The translations under genes were made by a program, and so were the position numbers. A stretch of DNA of 64,000 bases from an uncultured Actinomycetes bacterium (GTDB lineage Bacteria > Actinomycetota > UBA4738 > JBBDTT01): the NCBI GenBank assembly GCA_963742735.1, contig CAVUMN010000004.1:864001-928000 (forward strand), in the 5' to 3' direction. Shown in pieces: positions 56,211 to 64,000 of this stretch. The notes beneath the pieces were generated by a model. That model searched no databases. It was not told the origin of the DNA and saw nothing but the letters and a program-made list of their open reading frames with translations. Within the stretch, counting starts at the first letter, position 1. The number at the start of each line of letters is the position of its first letter.

Positions 56211-56884
56211 CCCGCACCCCGACGTCCGAAGGCCCCGGGAAGGCAGGCCGCCGCGGCCGCGATGATCGGCACGCCGGCCGGGGCGAACGGCAGGAGGGCG
56301 AGCGCGATGGCCGCGCCGCCCAGCGCCGCCGCCATCGCACGGCGGTTGCGGAGCTGCGGCGTGAGGAGGGCCAGGAAGAGCGCCGGGAAGGCGGCGTCCA
56401 GGCCCAGCGTCTCAGGGTCCGGGAGCGCGGCGGCCCCGAGCACCCCGAGCAGCGTGCCCCCCACCCACCCAAGCCACAGCAGGACGCCGGCGCCGAGCAG
56501 GACGTCGCGGTCGATGCGGCCGTCGCCCCGGTTCGCCACCGCCCACGACTCGTCCACCACCAGCTGGGCCAGCAGCGCTCGCCGCCACCAGGGCCCGTTC
56601 AGCACGGAGGCGACCGAGACGCCGATCGGCACGTAGCGGGCGTTCAGCAGCGCCGCCGCCGCGACCGCCGCGGCGATCGTCCCGCCGCCCCCCAGGATCG
56701 ACACGGCCGCGAACTGGGCCGAGCCCGCGAAGGTCGTCGCCGACATGACCACCGGCGCGACCGGACCCATCCCCGCGTCGCGCGCCAGCAAGCCGAACGG
56801 GATCCCGAACGCGGCGACGGCGACGGCGAGCGGCCAGCCCCGGCGGAACCCGGGCCGGAGGAACGAGAGCGACGGGGCGGGCAC
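56207..56884 (-). CDS. azlC: AzlC family permease
   Basis: MSATTFAGSAQF, LNARY, VDESWA, GLDAAFPALF. Confidence 0.9.
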   Translation of the reverse strand: MPAPSLSFLRPGFRRGWPLAVAVAAFGIPFGLLARDAGMGPVAPVVMSATTFAGSAQFAAVSILGGGGTIAAAVAAAALLNARYVPIGVSVASVLNGPWWRRALLAQLVVDESWAVANRGDGRIDRDVLLGAGVLLWLGWVGGTLLGVLGAAALPDPETLGLDAAFPALFLALLTPQLRNRRAMAAALGGAAIALALLPFAPAGVPIIAAAAACLPGAFGRRGAG

Positions 56885-57334
56885 CTAGTGGGGCTGGTGC
56901 GGCCCGGCGGCGGCCTCCAGGCCGGCCGCGACCGCGCGCAGCTGCGCCTCGGTCAGCTTGCCGGTGAAGTGCTCGCGGACGCCGCGGAGGTGGGTCACCG
57001 AGGCCCGCTTCAGGTGCGCGAGCCCCTTCGGCGTGAGCAGCACCCGCCACGCCCGCGCGTCCTCGGCGTCCTCCGCTCGTTCGACGAGCCCCTGCGCAAC
57101 CAGGCGGTCGACGGCCCGCGTGGCGCCGCTGGGGGAGAGCAGGACCCGCTCGGCGAGCTCGCGCATGCGGAGCGCCCGGTCCGGTGCGCGGGCGAGCCGG
57201 AGAAGAACATCGTACGAGGCCATCGAGAGGTCGTGCTCCTCGCGGAGCTCGCGGTCGAGCCGCTCCACCACGTCGTGCGACGCGTGCAGGAGCGCCTGCC
57301 AGGCCCGCAGCTCGGTGTCGCTCAGCCGGCTCAC
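56885..57334 (-). CDS. MarR family transcriptional regulator
   Basis: YDVLLRL...MRELAERVLLSPSGATRAVDRL...D.R...LTPKG. Confidence 0.92.
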   Translation of the reverse strand: MSRLSDTELRAWQALLHASHDVVERLDRELREEHDLSMASYDVLLRLARAPDRALRMRELAERVLLSPSGATRAVDRLVAQGLVERAEDAEDARAWRVLLTPKGLAHLKRASVTHLRGVREHFTGKLTEAQLRAVAAGLEAAAGPHQPH

Positions 57335-57340
57335 GAGAGG

Positions 57341-57402
57341 AGCCTAGCAAGAAATTAATTGCGTACGCAACTACTTTGGCATAGTATTTGCGTACGCAAC
57401 TA
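57341..57402. promoter_or_regulatory. Divergent promoters with two palindromic operators TTGCGTACGCAA (probable MarR boxes)
   Basis: Palindromes at 57359-57370 and 57388-57399; TTGCGT-N17-TAGTAT (+) and TTGCGT-N18-TAGGCT (-). Confidence 0.8.
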
Positions 57403-57420
57403 AATCAGGGAGGGACGAAC

Positions 57421-58299
57421 ATGCGCTACGGACTGAACGTTTCGCCGTCGGCGGCTCAGGGAGCCGACCCCGTGGGCGACGCCCGGCGGGCCGAGGAGCT
57501 GGGGTTCGACTTCGTCTCGGTGAACGACCACCTTCACGGGACGAGCCCCACGTTCGAGACGTGGACGCTCCTGACGTGGATCGCCGCCGCCACGACGCGG
57601 ATCGGCGTCGCCAGCCGGGTCCTGGGCGTGCCGTACCGGTCGCCGGCGGTCCTCGCCAAGATGGCCGAGAGCCTGGACCGCCTTTCGGAGGGCCGTCTGA
57701 TCCTGGGCCTCGGCGGCGGTGCGTCCAACGAGGAGTTCCGCGCGTTCGGGCTCGGCGAGCCGACGCCGGGGGAGAAGGTCGCCGGCCTCGAGGACGCCAT
57801 CCGCATCGCCCACGGTCTGTGGTCGGAGCCCGGCTTCACCTTCGAGGGCGGCCGGTACCGCGTGGAACGCGCCGAGCTCGAGCCGAAGCCCGTCCGGCCG
57901 ATCCCGATCTGGGTCGGCACGTACGGACCCCGCATGCTGGACCTGACCGGGCGGCTGGCCGACGGGTGGATCCCGTCCTACGGGTACGCGCCGCCGGAGG
58001 CGATCCCGACAATGCGCGGACGGATCCTCGCCGCCGCGGAGGGCGCCGGCCGCGACCCGGCGGCGCTCGAGCTCGTCTACAACGTCGAGGTCCGCGTGGA
58101 GGACCGCCCGAGCGGCACGCACGCCGAGGTGAGCGGGTCCCCGGACGAGCTGGCCGAACGGCTGGCCGGCTTCGCCGCGCTCGGGTTCACGGGCGTGAAC
58201 CTGTTCCCGGTCGGCGGGGGGCTCGCCGAGCAGGCCGAACGCCTGGCGCGGGAGGTGATCCCCGCGATCCGCTTTGAGACGGACATCACAGTTCCGTGA
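57421..58299 (+). CDS. LLM-class flavin/F420-dependent oxidoreductase
   Basis: RBS GGGAGG; AEELGFDFVSVNDH, SLDRLSEGRLILGLG, IPIWVG. Confidence 0.9.
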   Translation: MRYGLNVSPSAAQGADPVGDARRAEELGFDFVSVNDHLHGTSPTFETWTLLTWIAAATTRIGVASRVLGVPYRSPAVLAKMAESLDRLSEGRLILGLGGGASNEEFRAFGLGEPTPGEKVAGLEDAIRIAHGLWSEPGFTFEGGRYRVERAELEPKPVRPIPIWVGTYGPRMLDLTGRLADGWIPSYGYAPPEAIPTMRGRILAAAEGAGRDPAALELVYNVEVRVEDRPSGTHAEVSGSPDELAERLAGFAALGFTGVNLFPVGGGLAEQAERLAREVIPAIRFETDITVP

Positions 58300-58336
58300 G
58301 CGACCAGAGGGGAATATCCTTGGGGAGGAGGCCCGC

Positions 58337-58612
58337 ATGGTCCGCTACTACTGCACGTGGTGTGGGAACACCGCGAAGCGGGACGGCCGGAACGACACCG
58401 TCCGGTGCGGCCGCTGCGTGCAGGAGGCCGTCCGCCTGTTCCACTACTGGCCGTGGACCGTGATGATCCCGCTGGAGCCGGGCGAGCGTCCGCCCCCGCC
58501 CCGAGCCTCTCGCCGCCGGTTCGAGTTCCGCGACGTGCAGTCGCACCAGGTCACCGGGCGGACCGAGGTCGTGGGGGCGCCCCGCCTCCGGCTGAAGCCC
58601 GTCCCCCTGTAA
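58337..58612 (+). CDS. Small Zn-ribbon protein (CxxC-x14-CxxC), unknown function
   Basis: RBS GGAGGAGG; MVRYYCTWCG...RCGRC. Confidence 0.65.
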   Translation: MVRYYCTWCGNTAKRDGRNDTVRCGRCVQEAVRLFHYWPWTVMIPLEPGERPPPPRASRRRFEFRDVQSHQVTGRTEVVGAPRLRLKPVPL

Positions 58613-58718
58613 CGCCCACGCTCGAAGCCGAGCAAGTTCACACGCCTGTCACCTTCCGGCAATCGGTGCGCAACGTTCGCGCGCCATCCTGGGCTCGCGT
58701 CCGAAGGGAGGTGGGCAC

Positions 58719-58943
58719 ATGCAGGACCGGGTCAGGATGGGTCTGGCGGGTCAGCCGAGCGTTGCCGCCGGGCGACACCCCGAGGCATGGGGCTCCGTTG
58801 CCGGTGGCGAGGTCGGCGCGGTCGTGGAGGCCGTGACGGCGCGCTCGTTCCTGTACGAGGACCCCGGATCCTTCCGGGCGGGCGTGGCGGAGCTGCTGCG
58901 CGCGCTCGGGGCGGCCGGGGTGTTCGCGCCGCTTCCCGCGTAG
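58719..58943 (+). CDS. Small hypothetical protein (74 aa)
   Basis: RBS GGAGGT; GC-rich codon usage; stops 2 nt from the convergent ADH stop. Confidence 0.5.
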   Translation: MQDRVRMGLAGQPSVAAGRHPEAWGSVAGGEVGAVVEAVTARSFLYEDPGSFRAGVAELLRALGAAGVFAPLPA

Positions 58944-58945
58944 CC

Positions 58946-59968
58946 CTACGGGATCGCGACGAGCTTCGTCGGCGGATCGACCAGCGCCTCCGCGACCTCG
59001 TCCCACGACACCGTCGTGCGGATCCGGTCGGGGTCGATCCGCCCGGACGCCACCAGGTCGATCACGCGCGGCAGCATCGGGCCGACGTGGGGGCGCCCGA
59101 TGAAGAACGTGATCCCGTTGTCGTACATCTCCAACAGCGGCACCGGCGTCGGCGTGTAGTAGATGCCGATGCTGGTGCACACGCCCCCGGGCTCGGTCGA
59201 GCGCAACGCCACCGCGAGGCCCTCCGGCATCCCGCTGGCGTCGACGGTGACCCCGAACCGTCCGGCCTTGCGCTCGGGGAGCTCGGCGATCGTCTCGGCC
59301 CCGTACGCTTCCGCCGCGGCGCGCCGCTCCGCGTTCCCGTCCACGTAGACCACCCGCGAGGCGCCAAGCGCGCGCGCCACGTCCACCGCGTAGAGCGGGA
59401 TGCTCGCCGCCCAGCCACCGACCACCAGCACCTCCGCGCCGGCGTGAGCGCCCTCCAGGGCCGGGGCCACGGTTCGCCAGCCGTCGGTGATGTTGTCGCT
59501 GGCGGTGGCGAGCGTGGCCGGCTCGATCCCCTCCGGAATCCGGAACAGCATCCGCTCGGCGAACGGCACGCGGACCAGGTCCGAGAACGCGCCGCCCCAC
59601 TCGTGGCCGCCGAGCGCCCCGAACCCGTACATGGCCCGGTAGGGCACGCCCTCGCCCTGGCAGTTCGCGGTCAGTCCGAGCGAACACCGGTCGCACTCGC
59701 CGCAGTAGATCTGGAACGACACCGCTACGCGATCGCCGGGCGCGAACGACGTCACGCCGTCGCCCACGTCCACCACCTCGCCCGCGAACTCGTGGCCGAT
59801 CGCATACGGGCCGGGGATCGGCGCCAGGCCCCGGACGACCGCACCGTCCAGGTCGCAGGCGGCCACCGCGAGCGGCCGAACGATGGCCTCACCCGGCCCC
59901 CGCAGCGCGGGCTCGTCGACGTCGCGCCACTCGAGCTTGCCGGGCTCCACGAACCACAGGGACCGCAC
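58946..59968 (-). CDS. Zn-dependent (MDR) alcohol dehydrogenase
   Basis: ACDLD, GHE, CGECDRC...NC. Confidence 0.9.
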   Translation of the reverse strand: MRSLWFVEPGKLEWRDVDEPALRGPGEAIVRPLAVAACDLDGAVVRGLAPIPGPYAIGHEFAGEVVDVGDGVTSFAPGDRVAVSFQIYCGECDRCSLGLTANCQGEGVPYRAMYGFGALGGHEWGGAFSDLVRVPFAERMLFRIPEGIEPATLATASDNITDGWRTVAPALEGAHAGAEVLVVGGWAASIPLYAVDVARALGASRVVYVDGNAERRAAAEAYGAETIAELPERKAGRFGVTVDASGMPEGLAVALRSTEPGGVCTSIGIYYTPTPVPLLEMYDNGITFFIGRPHVGPMLPRVIDLVASGRIDPDRIRTTVSWDEVAEALVDPPTKLVAIP

Positions 59969-60019
59969 GCGCGGACCCTATCGGCGTTTCGGCCGGCGCG
60001 CCGCGCGTAGAGTTCGCGC

Positions 60020-60757
60020 ATGCCCGCCAGGCGCGAGGCCGCGGCCCTCGATCGCCGCACCCGGTACGAGGAGATCCTCATCGTGCTGGGGCTGACGGTC
60101 CTGTATTCCGTCGTCCTGTCGGTCATCGATCTGCTGTCGGTGCCCCTCAAGGGCAGCTCGGTGGCCACCATCTCGCAGTCGGTGTTCGTGGCCCGCCACC
60201 TGGCCGGGATCGTCTTCGCGCTGGTCCCGGTGTGGCTGGTCGTCCACCTCCTGCGTCGAAGCGGCGATGGACCGGAGGCGATCGGCTTCCGTCTGCGACT
60301 GCCCGGCGACGACCTCGCGCTCGGCATCGCCCTCGCCGTCGTCGTCTCCGCGGTGGGGCTGGGCGTCTACGTGCTCGCCTTCGAGCTCGGGCTGAACCGG
60401 CTGGTGATCCCGGTGCCGCCCCTCGATCACTGGTGGACGGTGCCGGTGCTGGTCCTCGACGCGGCCCAGAACGGCTTCCTGGAGGAGGTCGTCGTCGCCG
60501 GGTACCTGCTCCACCGGCTGGGACAGGCCGGGTGGTCACCGCGCAAGGCCCTGATCGCGACCTCGGTCCTGCGCGGTTCGTACCACCTCTACCAGGGGTT
60601 CGGTGGGTTCGTGGGGAACCTAGCCCTCGGGATGCTCTTCGGATGGATCTTCCAGCGGACCCGCCGCGTGTGGCCCCTCATCGTGGCCCACACGCTGGTG
60701 GACGTACTCGCCGGGGTCGGCTACATCGTGTTCAGGGACCGTGTCGCCTTCATCTGA
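60020..60757 (+). CDS. CPBP (Abi/CAAX) intramembrane metalloprotease
   Basis: LEEVVV.GY, SYHLYQG, AHTLVD. Confidence 0.9.
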   Translation: MPARREAAALDRRTRYEEILIVLGLTVLYSVVLSVIDLLSVPLKGSSVATISQSVFVARHLAGIVFALVPVWLVVHLLRRSGDGPEAIGFRLRLPGDDLALGIALAVVVSAVGLGVYVLAFELGLNRLVIPVPPLDHWWTVPVLVLDAAQNGFLEEVVVAGYLLHRLGQAGWSPRKALIATSVLRGSYHLYQGFGGFVGNLALGMLFGWIFQRTRRVWPLIVAHTLVDVLAGVGYIVFRDRVAFI

Positions 60758-61940
60758 GCGCGGGGGGAGCCGGCTCCGCCGGGTCCTGGCCGTCGCGGTC
60801 ACGGCCGGGCTGGTCTTCGCGCTCGCGCTGCCCTCCGGGCGCGCGGCCGTGCCCGACCGCGTCCCGATCGCCGGGTGGAAGCCGCTGCCGGCGGCCTCGA
60901 AGGTGCGCGTCTCCCGTGAGGCTCGAGCGGCGCGGAAGGCGATCCTGGGTCGGCACGCGCTGGATCCTCGCTACGTCACCCTCGCCTGGTACGGCGTCTC
61001 GTCGTTCATCGTCACGATCCGCGGGCATCTCTTGCTGTTCGACGCGTGGGAGATCGTCGGCGCGCACAAGGACTACGTGCCGATCGGGCGGGAGGACCTG
61101 GCCGCGATCGACCCCGAGGCCATCCTGATCGGGCACGGGCACTTCGACCACGCGGCCGACGCCGGATACGTCGCCGGGCGAACCGGCGCCGCGGTCGTGG
61201 GCAGCGAGGAGATCTGCGACCAGGCCAAGGCGTACGCGAACGAGGACGGCCTCGCCGGCAGGTTCACCTGCGCGATCACCGGCACGGCCACGACGCCGGC
61301 GCCCGGCACCATCCAGTCCTTCCGGCTGTTCGAGGACGTCGCGCCGGTTCGCGTCCTGCAGCACATCCACTCCGCCAGCGAACCGCCGTCGGCCGAGAAC
61401 CCGCCGGACCCGTTCCTGCCGGTGTTCGACCCTCTGCCGTACGTCGAGCACTTTCAGGACGACCCCGAGGAGCTCCAGAAGTTCATGGAGAGCCTGGACG
61501 ACGCCCAGGGCGGGACGTGGATGTATCACCTGACGGCCGGCGCCTTCACGCTGCTGATCGGGGACTCGGCCGGGCCGATCTGGGACTCCGCGGACGTCCG
61601 GGGGGCGCTCGACTCGTTCCCGGGATGCGTCGACGTCATGGCCAACGCGATCCTCGGGTTCGACCAGCCGGTGTCCGGGCTGCGCGATCCCCGGCTCTAC
61701 GTCGAGCACGCCCACCCCCGTGTGTTCGTCCCCAGCCACGCCGACGCGTGGGCGCCGGTGCTGTCCGCGGGGCAGGACCGATACGTCGACGAGTGGTCGA
61801 CCCAGATGGCCGAGCTCGATCACCGGCCGCAGGTGGACTTCCTGATCGACCCCGAAGACTACCTGGCCGAGCGGGCCTACCGGGTGGCCGACCGCCGGTG
61901 GCGGGCGCCGATGCCCGGCTCCCGCTGCGCGAAGCGCTAG
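60741..61940 (+). CDS. Secreted MBL-fold metallohydrolase
   Basis: Signal peptide RRVLAVAV...GRA; GHGHFDH, HIHS, GDS, PSH.D. Confidence 0.8.
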   Translation: MSPSSERGGSRLRRVLAVAVTAGLVFALALPSGRAAVPDRVPIAGWKPLPAASKVRVSREARAARKAILGRHALDPRYVTLAWYGVSSFIVTIRGHLLLFDAWEIVGAHKDYVPIGREDLAAIDPEAILIGHGHFDHAADAGYVAGRTGAAVVGSEEICDQAKAYANEDGLAGRFTCAITGTATTPAPGTIQSFRLFEDVAPVRVLQHIHSASEPPSAENPPDPFLPVFDPLPYVEHFQDDPEELQKFMESLDDAQGGTWMYHLTAGAFTLLIGDSAGPIWDSADVRGALDSFPGCVDVMANAILGFDQPVSGLRDPRLYVEHAHPRVFVPSHADAWAPVLSAGQDRYVDEWSTQMAELDHRPQVDFLIDPEDYLAERAYRVADRRWRAPMPGSRCAKR

Positions 61941-62467
61941 GAGCCCCGGACCGCCTCCAGCGCCCTGCGGGCCTGCTCCAGGTGGAACCGGTCGTGGCCG
62001 GCGATCAGCCGGAACGACAGGTCGTAGGACTCCGGGCCCCGCTCGGCGTGCTGGCCCACTTTGGCCCGCTCCTCGCGGGTCGATCGCGCCCACATGTCGA
62101 GGTTCGCCCTGCGCAGGATGCGGAACCGCTCCATCAGGTCCTGCGGGTCGTAGTCGTTGGCGTGGAGGTTGTCGATCCACAGGTCCTGGTCGTAGCCGAT
62201 GAGCGGTGGTTCGTCGTGAGCCACGATCCACCGGTATCGCCCCGCGTAGACGATCTCGGCGTCGGCCACATGGGCGAAGCACTCCAGGACCGACCATTCC
62301 TTCGCCTCCGGCCGGTCGCGCACGCGGGCCCCCGCGTCGGCGATCAGGAAGGAGAAGGCATCCGCCGTCCCCTGCTGGACCTCGGCCGGGTCGTCGTTCC
62401 CCAGGTAGGCGAGGATGGCTTCCTGGTAGGCCTTGCCCTCGCGGACCGGATCGGGGACGTCGTTCAC
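61937..62467 (-). CDS. DinB family protein
   Basis: EWSVLECFAHVADAE, AGHDRFHLEQ. Confidence 0.88.
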   Translation of the reverse strand: MNDVPDPVREGKAYQEAILAYLGNDDPAEVQQGTADAFSFLIADAGARVRDRPEAKEWSVLECFAHVADAEIVYAGRYRWIVAHDEPPLIGYDQDLWIDNLHANDYDPQDLMERFRILRRANLDMWARSTREERAKVGQHAERGPESYDLSFRLIAGHDRFHLEQARRALEAVRGS

Positions 62468-62474
62468 GCGCGCA

Positions 62475-62933
62475 TCATGCCAGCCACCGTTCGGGTGCGC
62501 CGGGAGGCGGGACGACCGGGCTTCGCCGCCTGAATCCCTGCAGGGCGTAGCGGTCGCAGGCCGTCTCGGCGCCCGATCGCCGGCCGAGGATCTCCCGCAG
62601 GTACCAGTGGTAGTACTCGTGCAGGTACAGGAACCGGAGCACGTCGCGGCGGTTCCGGAACGGGACCATCGCCACCTCCCACGCGAACCGCAGCCCCTTG
62701 CCCGGGATCCGCCGGGCCCGGTAGGGGACGCGCTCCTCGAACGCGTAGAAGGGCTCCGGGACCTGCAGGGTGATCCGGCGATCCTCGAAGTCGCACATCG
62801 CCACCAGGTGGGGCTTCGTCCGGTAGCGGAGCGGCTTCACGATCAGCCCGTAGCCGTCGGCGACGGGGAGGCCCTCCAGCGCGCGGACGATCCGATCCGG
62901 CTCCCACTCGCTCAGGAACGTCTCCATCCGCAT
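62475..62933 (-). CDS. Small HExxH putative metallopeptidase
   Basis: FLYLHEYYHW...AETACDRYA (HExxH plus E-x2-C-D). Confidence 0.6.
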   Translation of the reverse strand: MRMETFLSEWEPDRIVRALEGLPVADGYGLIVKPLRYRTKPHLVAMCDFEDRRITLQVPEPFYAFEERVPYRARRIPGKGLRFAWEVAMVPFRNRRDVLRFLYLHEYYHWYLREILGRRSGAETACDRYALQGFRRRSPVVPPPGAPERWLA

Positions 62934-62993
62934 GTCGCAGATGATGGCAGGGATCGGCGATATGGCCGGAAGGCTGGCCTACCATTGGACGCG

Positions 62994-63803
62994 ATGGAGG
63001 CAGCCTTCTTCGATCTCGACAAGACCGTCATATCCAAGTCCAGCTCGCTGGCCCTGTCCAAGCCGTTCTACCGGGCAGGGTTGGTATCCCGCTCGACCCT
63101 GCTCAAGGGCGCCTACGCCCAGCTCGTCTACCTGCTCGTGGGGGCGGACGAGAAGAAGATGGACAAGGCCAAGGACGGCATGCTCGCGCTCTCGAAAGGG
63201 TGGGACCGGGCCCAGGTCGAGGAGGTCGTCCGCGAGGCCCTGATCTCGGTCGTGGATCCCTACGTCTACCAGGAGGCGCTGGACCTGGTCGCCCTGCACC
63301 AGGCGCTGGGACGGAAGGTGTACATCGTCTCGTCCTCGCCCGAGGAGGTGGTCAGGCCCCTCGCGGAGCATTTGGGTATCCGGGACGTGATCGCCACCCG
63401 GGCCGAGATCGTCGACGGCAAGTACACCGGCAACCTGGAGTTCTATTGCTACGCGGAGAACAAGGCGGTGGCCATCAAGGAGGTCGCGGAGCGGGAGGGG
63501 ATCGTCCTGTCCGACTCCTACGCCTACTCGGACTCGGCCACCGACCTACCGATGCTCGAGGCCGTCGGGCACCCCGTTCCGGTCAATCCGGACAGGGAGC
63601 TGCGCAAGGTGGCCGAGCGCGAGAGTTGGCAGGTTCGAGACTTTCGGCGGCCCGTGCCGCTCAGGAAACGCATCCACGTTCCCCGTCCGACCCCCTCGGT
63701 GGCCGCCGTGGTGGCCGGCGCGGGCCTCGCCGCCGTGGTCGGCTGGGTGTACGTGCGTCCGTGGCTGAACCGGCTCGTCTCGGGCGGCCGGAAGGCCGCC
63801 TGA
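62994..63803 (+). CDS. HAD-IB hydrolase (Rv3661/SerB-like)
   Basis: AAFFDLDKTVI, VSSS, AYSDSATDLPML, VNPD; C-terminal TM. Confidence 0.9.
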   Translation: MEAAFFDLDKTVISKSSSLALSKPFYRAGLVSRSTLLKGAYAQLVYLLVGADEKKMDKAKDGMLALSKGWDRAQVEEVVREALISVVDPYVYQEALDLVALHQALGRKVYIVSSSPEEVVRPLAEHLGIRDVIATRAEIVDGKYTGNLEFYCYAENKAVAIKEVAEREGIVLSDSYAYSDSATDLPMLEAVGHPVPVNPDRELRKVAERESWQVRDFRRPVPLRKRIHVPRPTPSVAAVVAGAGLAAVVGWVYVRPWLNRLVSGGRKAA

Positions 63804-63892
63804 CCGGCTCGAGCGCCAGACCGTAGGCTTCCTTGCTCAATGCGCGCTCGAAAACCACCCGTATCCACACGAGCCCTTCGGCGCTTTCATTG

Positions 63893-64000
63893 ATGGCGGG
63901 CGTGGACCCGGTCGGGGAACTCGTGCTCCAGGCTCGTGAAGGGGACGCGGAGGCCTTTGCCGGGCTCTACGACCTGTTTCACGCCCGCCTGTATCGCTAC
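63893..64000 (+). CDS. ECF sigma factor, N-terminal fragment (runs off window)
   Basis: MAGVDPVGELVLQAREGDAEAFAGLYDLFHARLYRY, typical ECF region 1.2/2 start. Confidence 0.75.
   Translation, partial: MAGVDPVGELVLQAREGDAEAFAGLYDLFHARLYRY

Overview
Very GC-rich, densely coding bacterial DNA, most consistent with an Actinomycetota genome (Ltp3/Ltp4-type thiolase-like genes, F420-type LLMs, Rv3661-like HAD, many apparent leaderless TANNNT promoters). About 53 kb (1-53407) is a CoA-dependent lipid catabolic region, steroid-side-chain-like in part. It holds 4 acyl-CoA dehydrogenases, 4 crotonases, 5 CoA ligases, 5 thiolase-fold proteins with 4 DUF35 Zn-ribbon/OB-fold partners, a MaoC pair, SDRs, LLMs, two tandem ThDP enzymes and a LIV-type ABC importer carrying two unexplained accessory genes. 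The last ~10 kb is mixed (MFS, NYN, AzlCD/MarR, LLM, ADH, CPBP, MBL, DinB, HAD, partial ECF sigma). No rRNA, tRNA, CRISPR or transposase was seen. The best candidates for undescribed systems are (i) an operon pairing a CADD-like heme-oxygenase-like diiron oxidase with an orphan lipoate-ligase-like adenylating enzyme and an LLM, (ii) the accessory-subunit ABC importer, (iii) a catalytically degenerate HMG-CoA-synthase-DUF35 fusion plus Cys-thiolase (PhlABC-like), and (iv) tandem HACL-like ThDP enzymes. All calls come from manual motif reading; no database searches were run.
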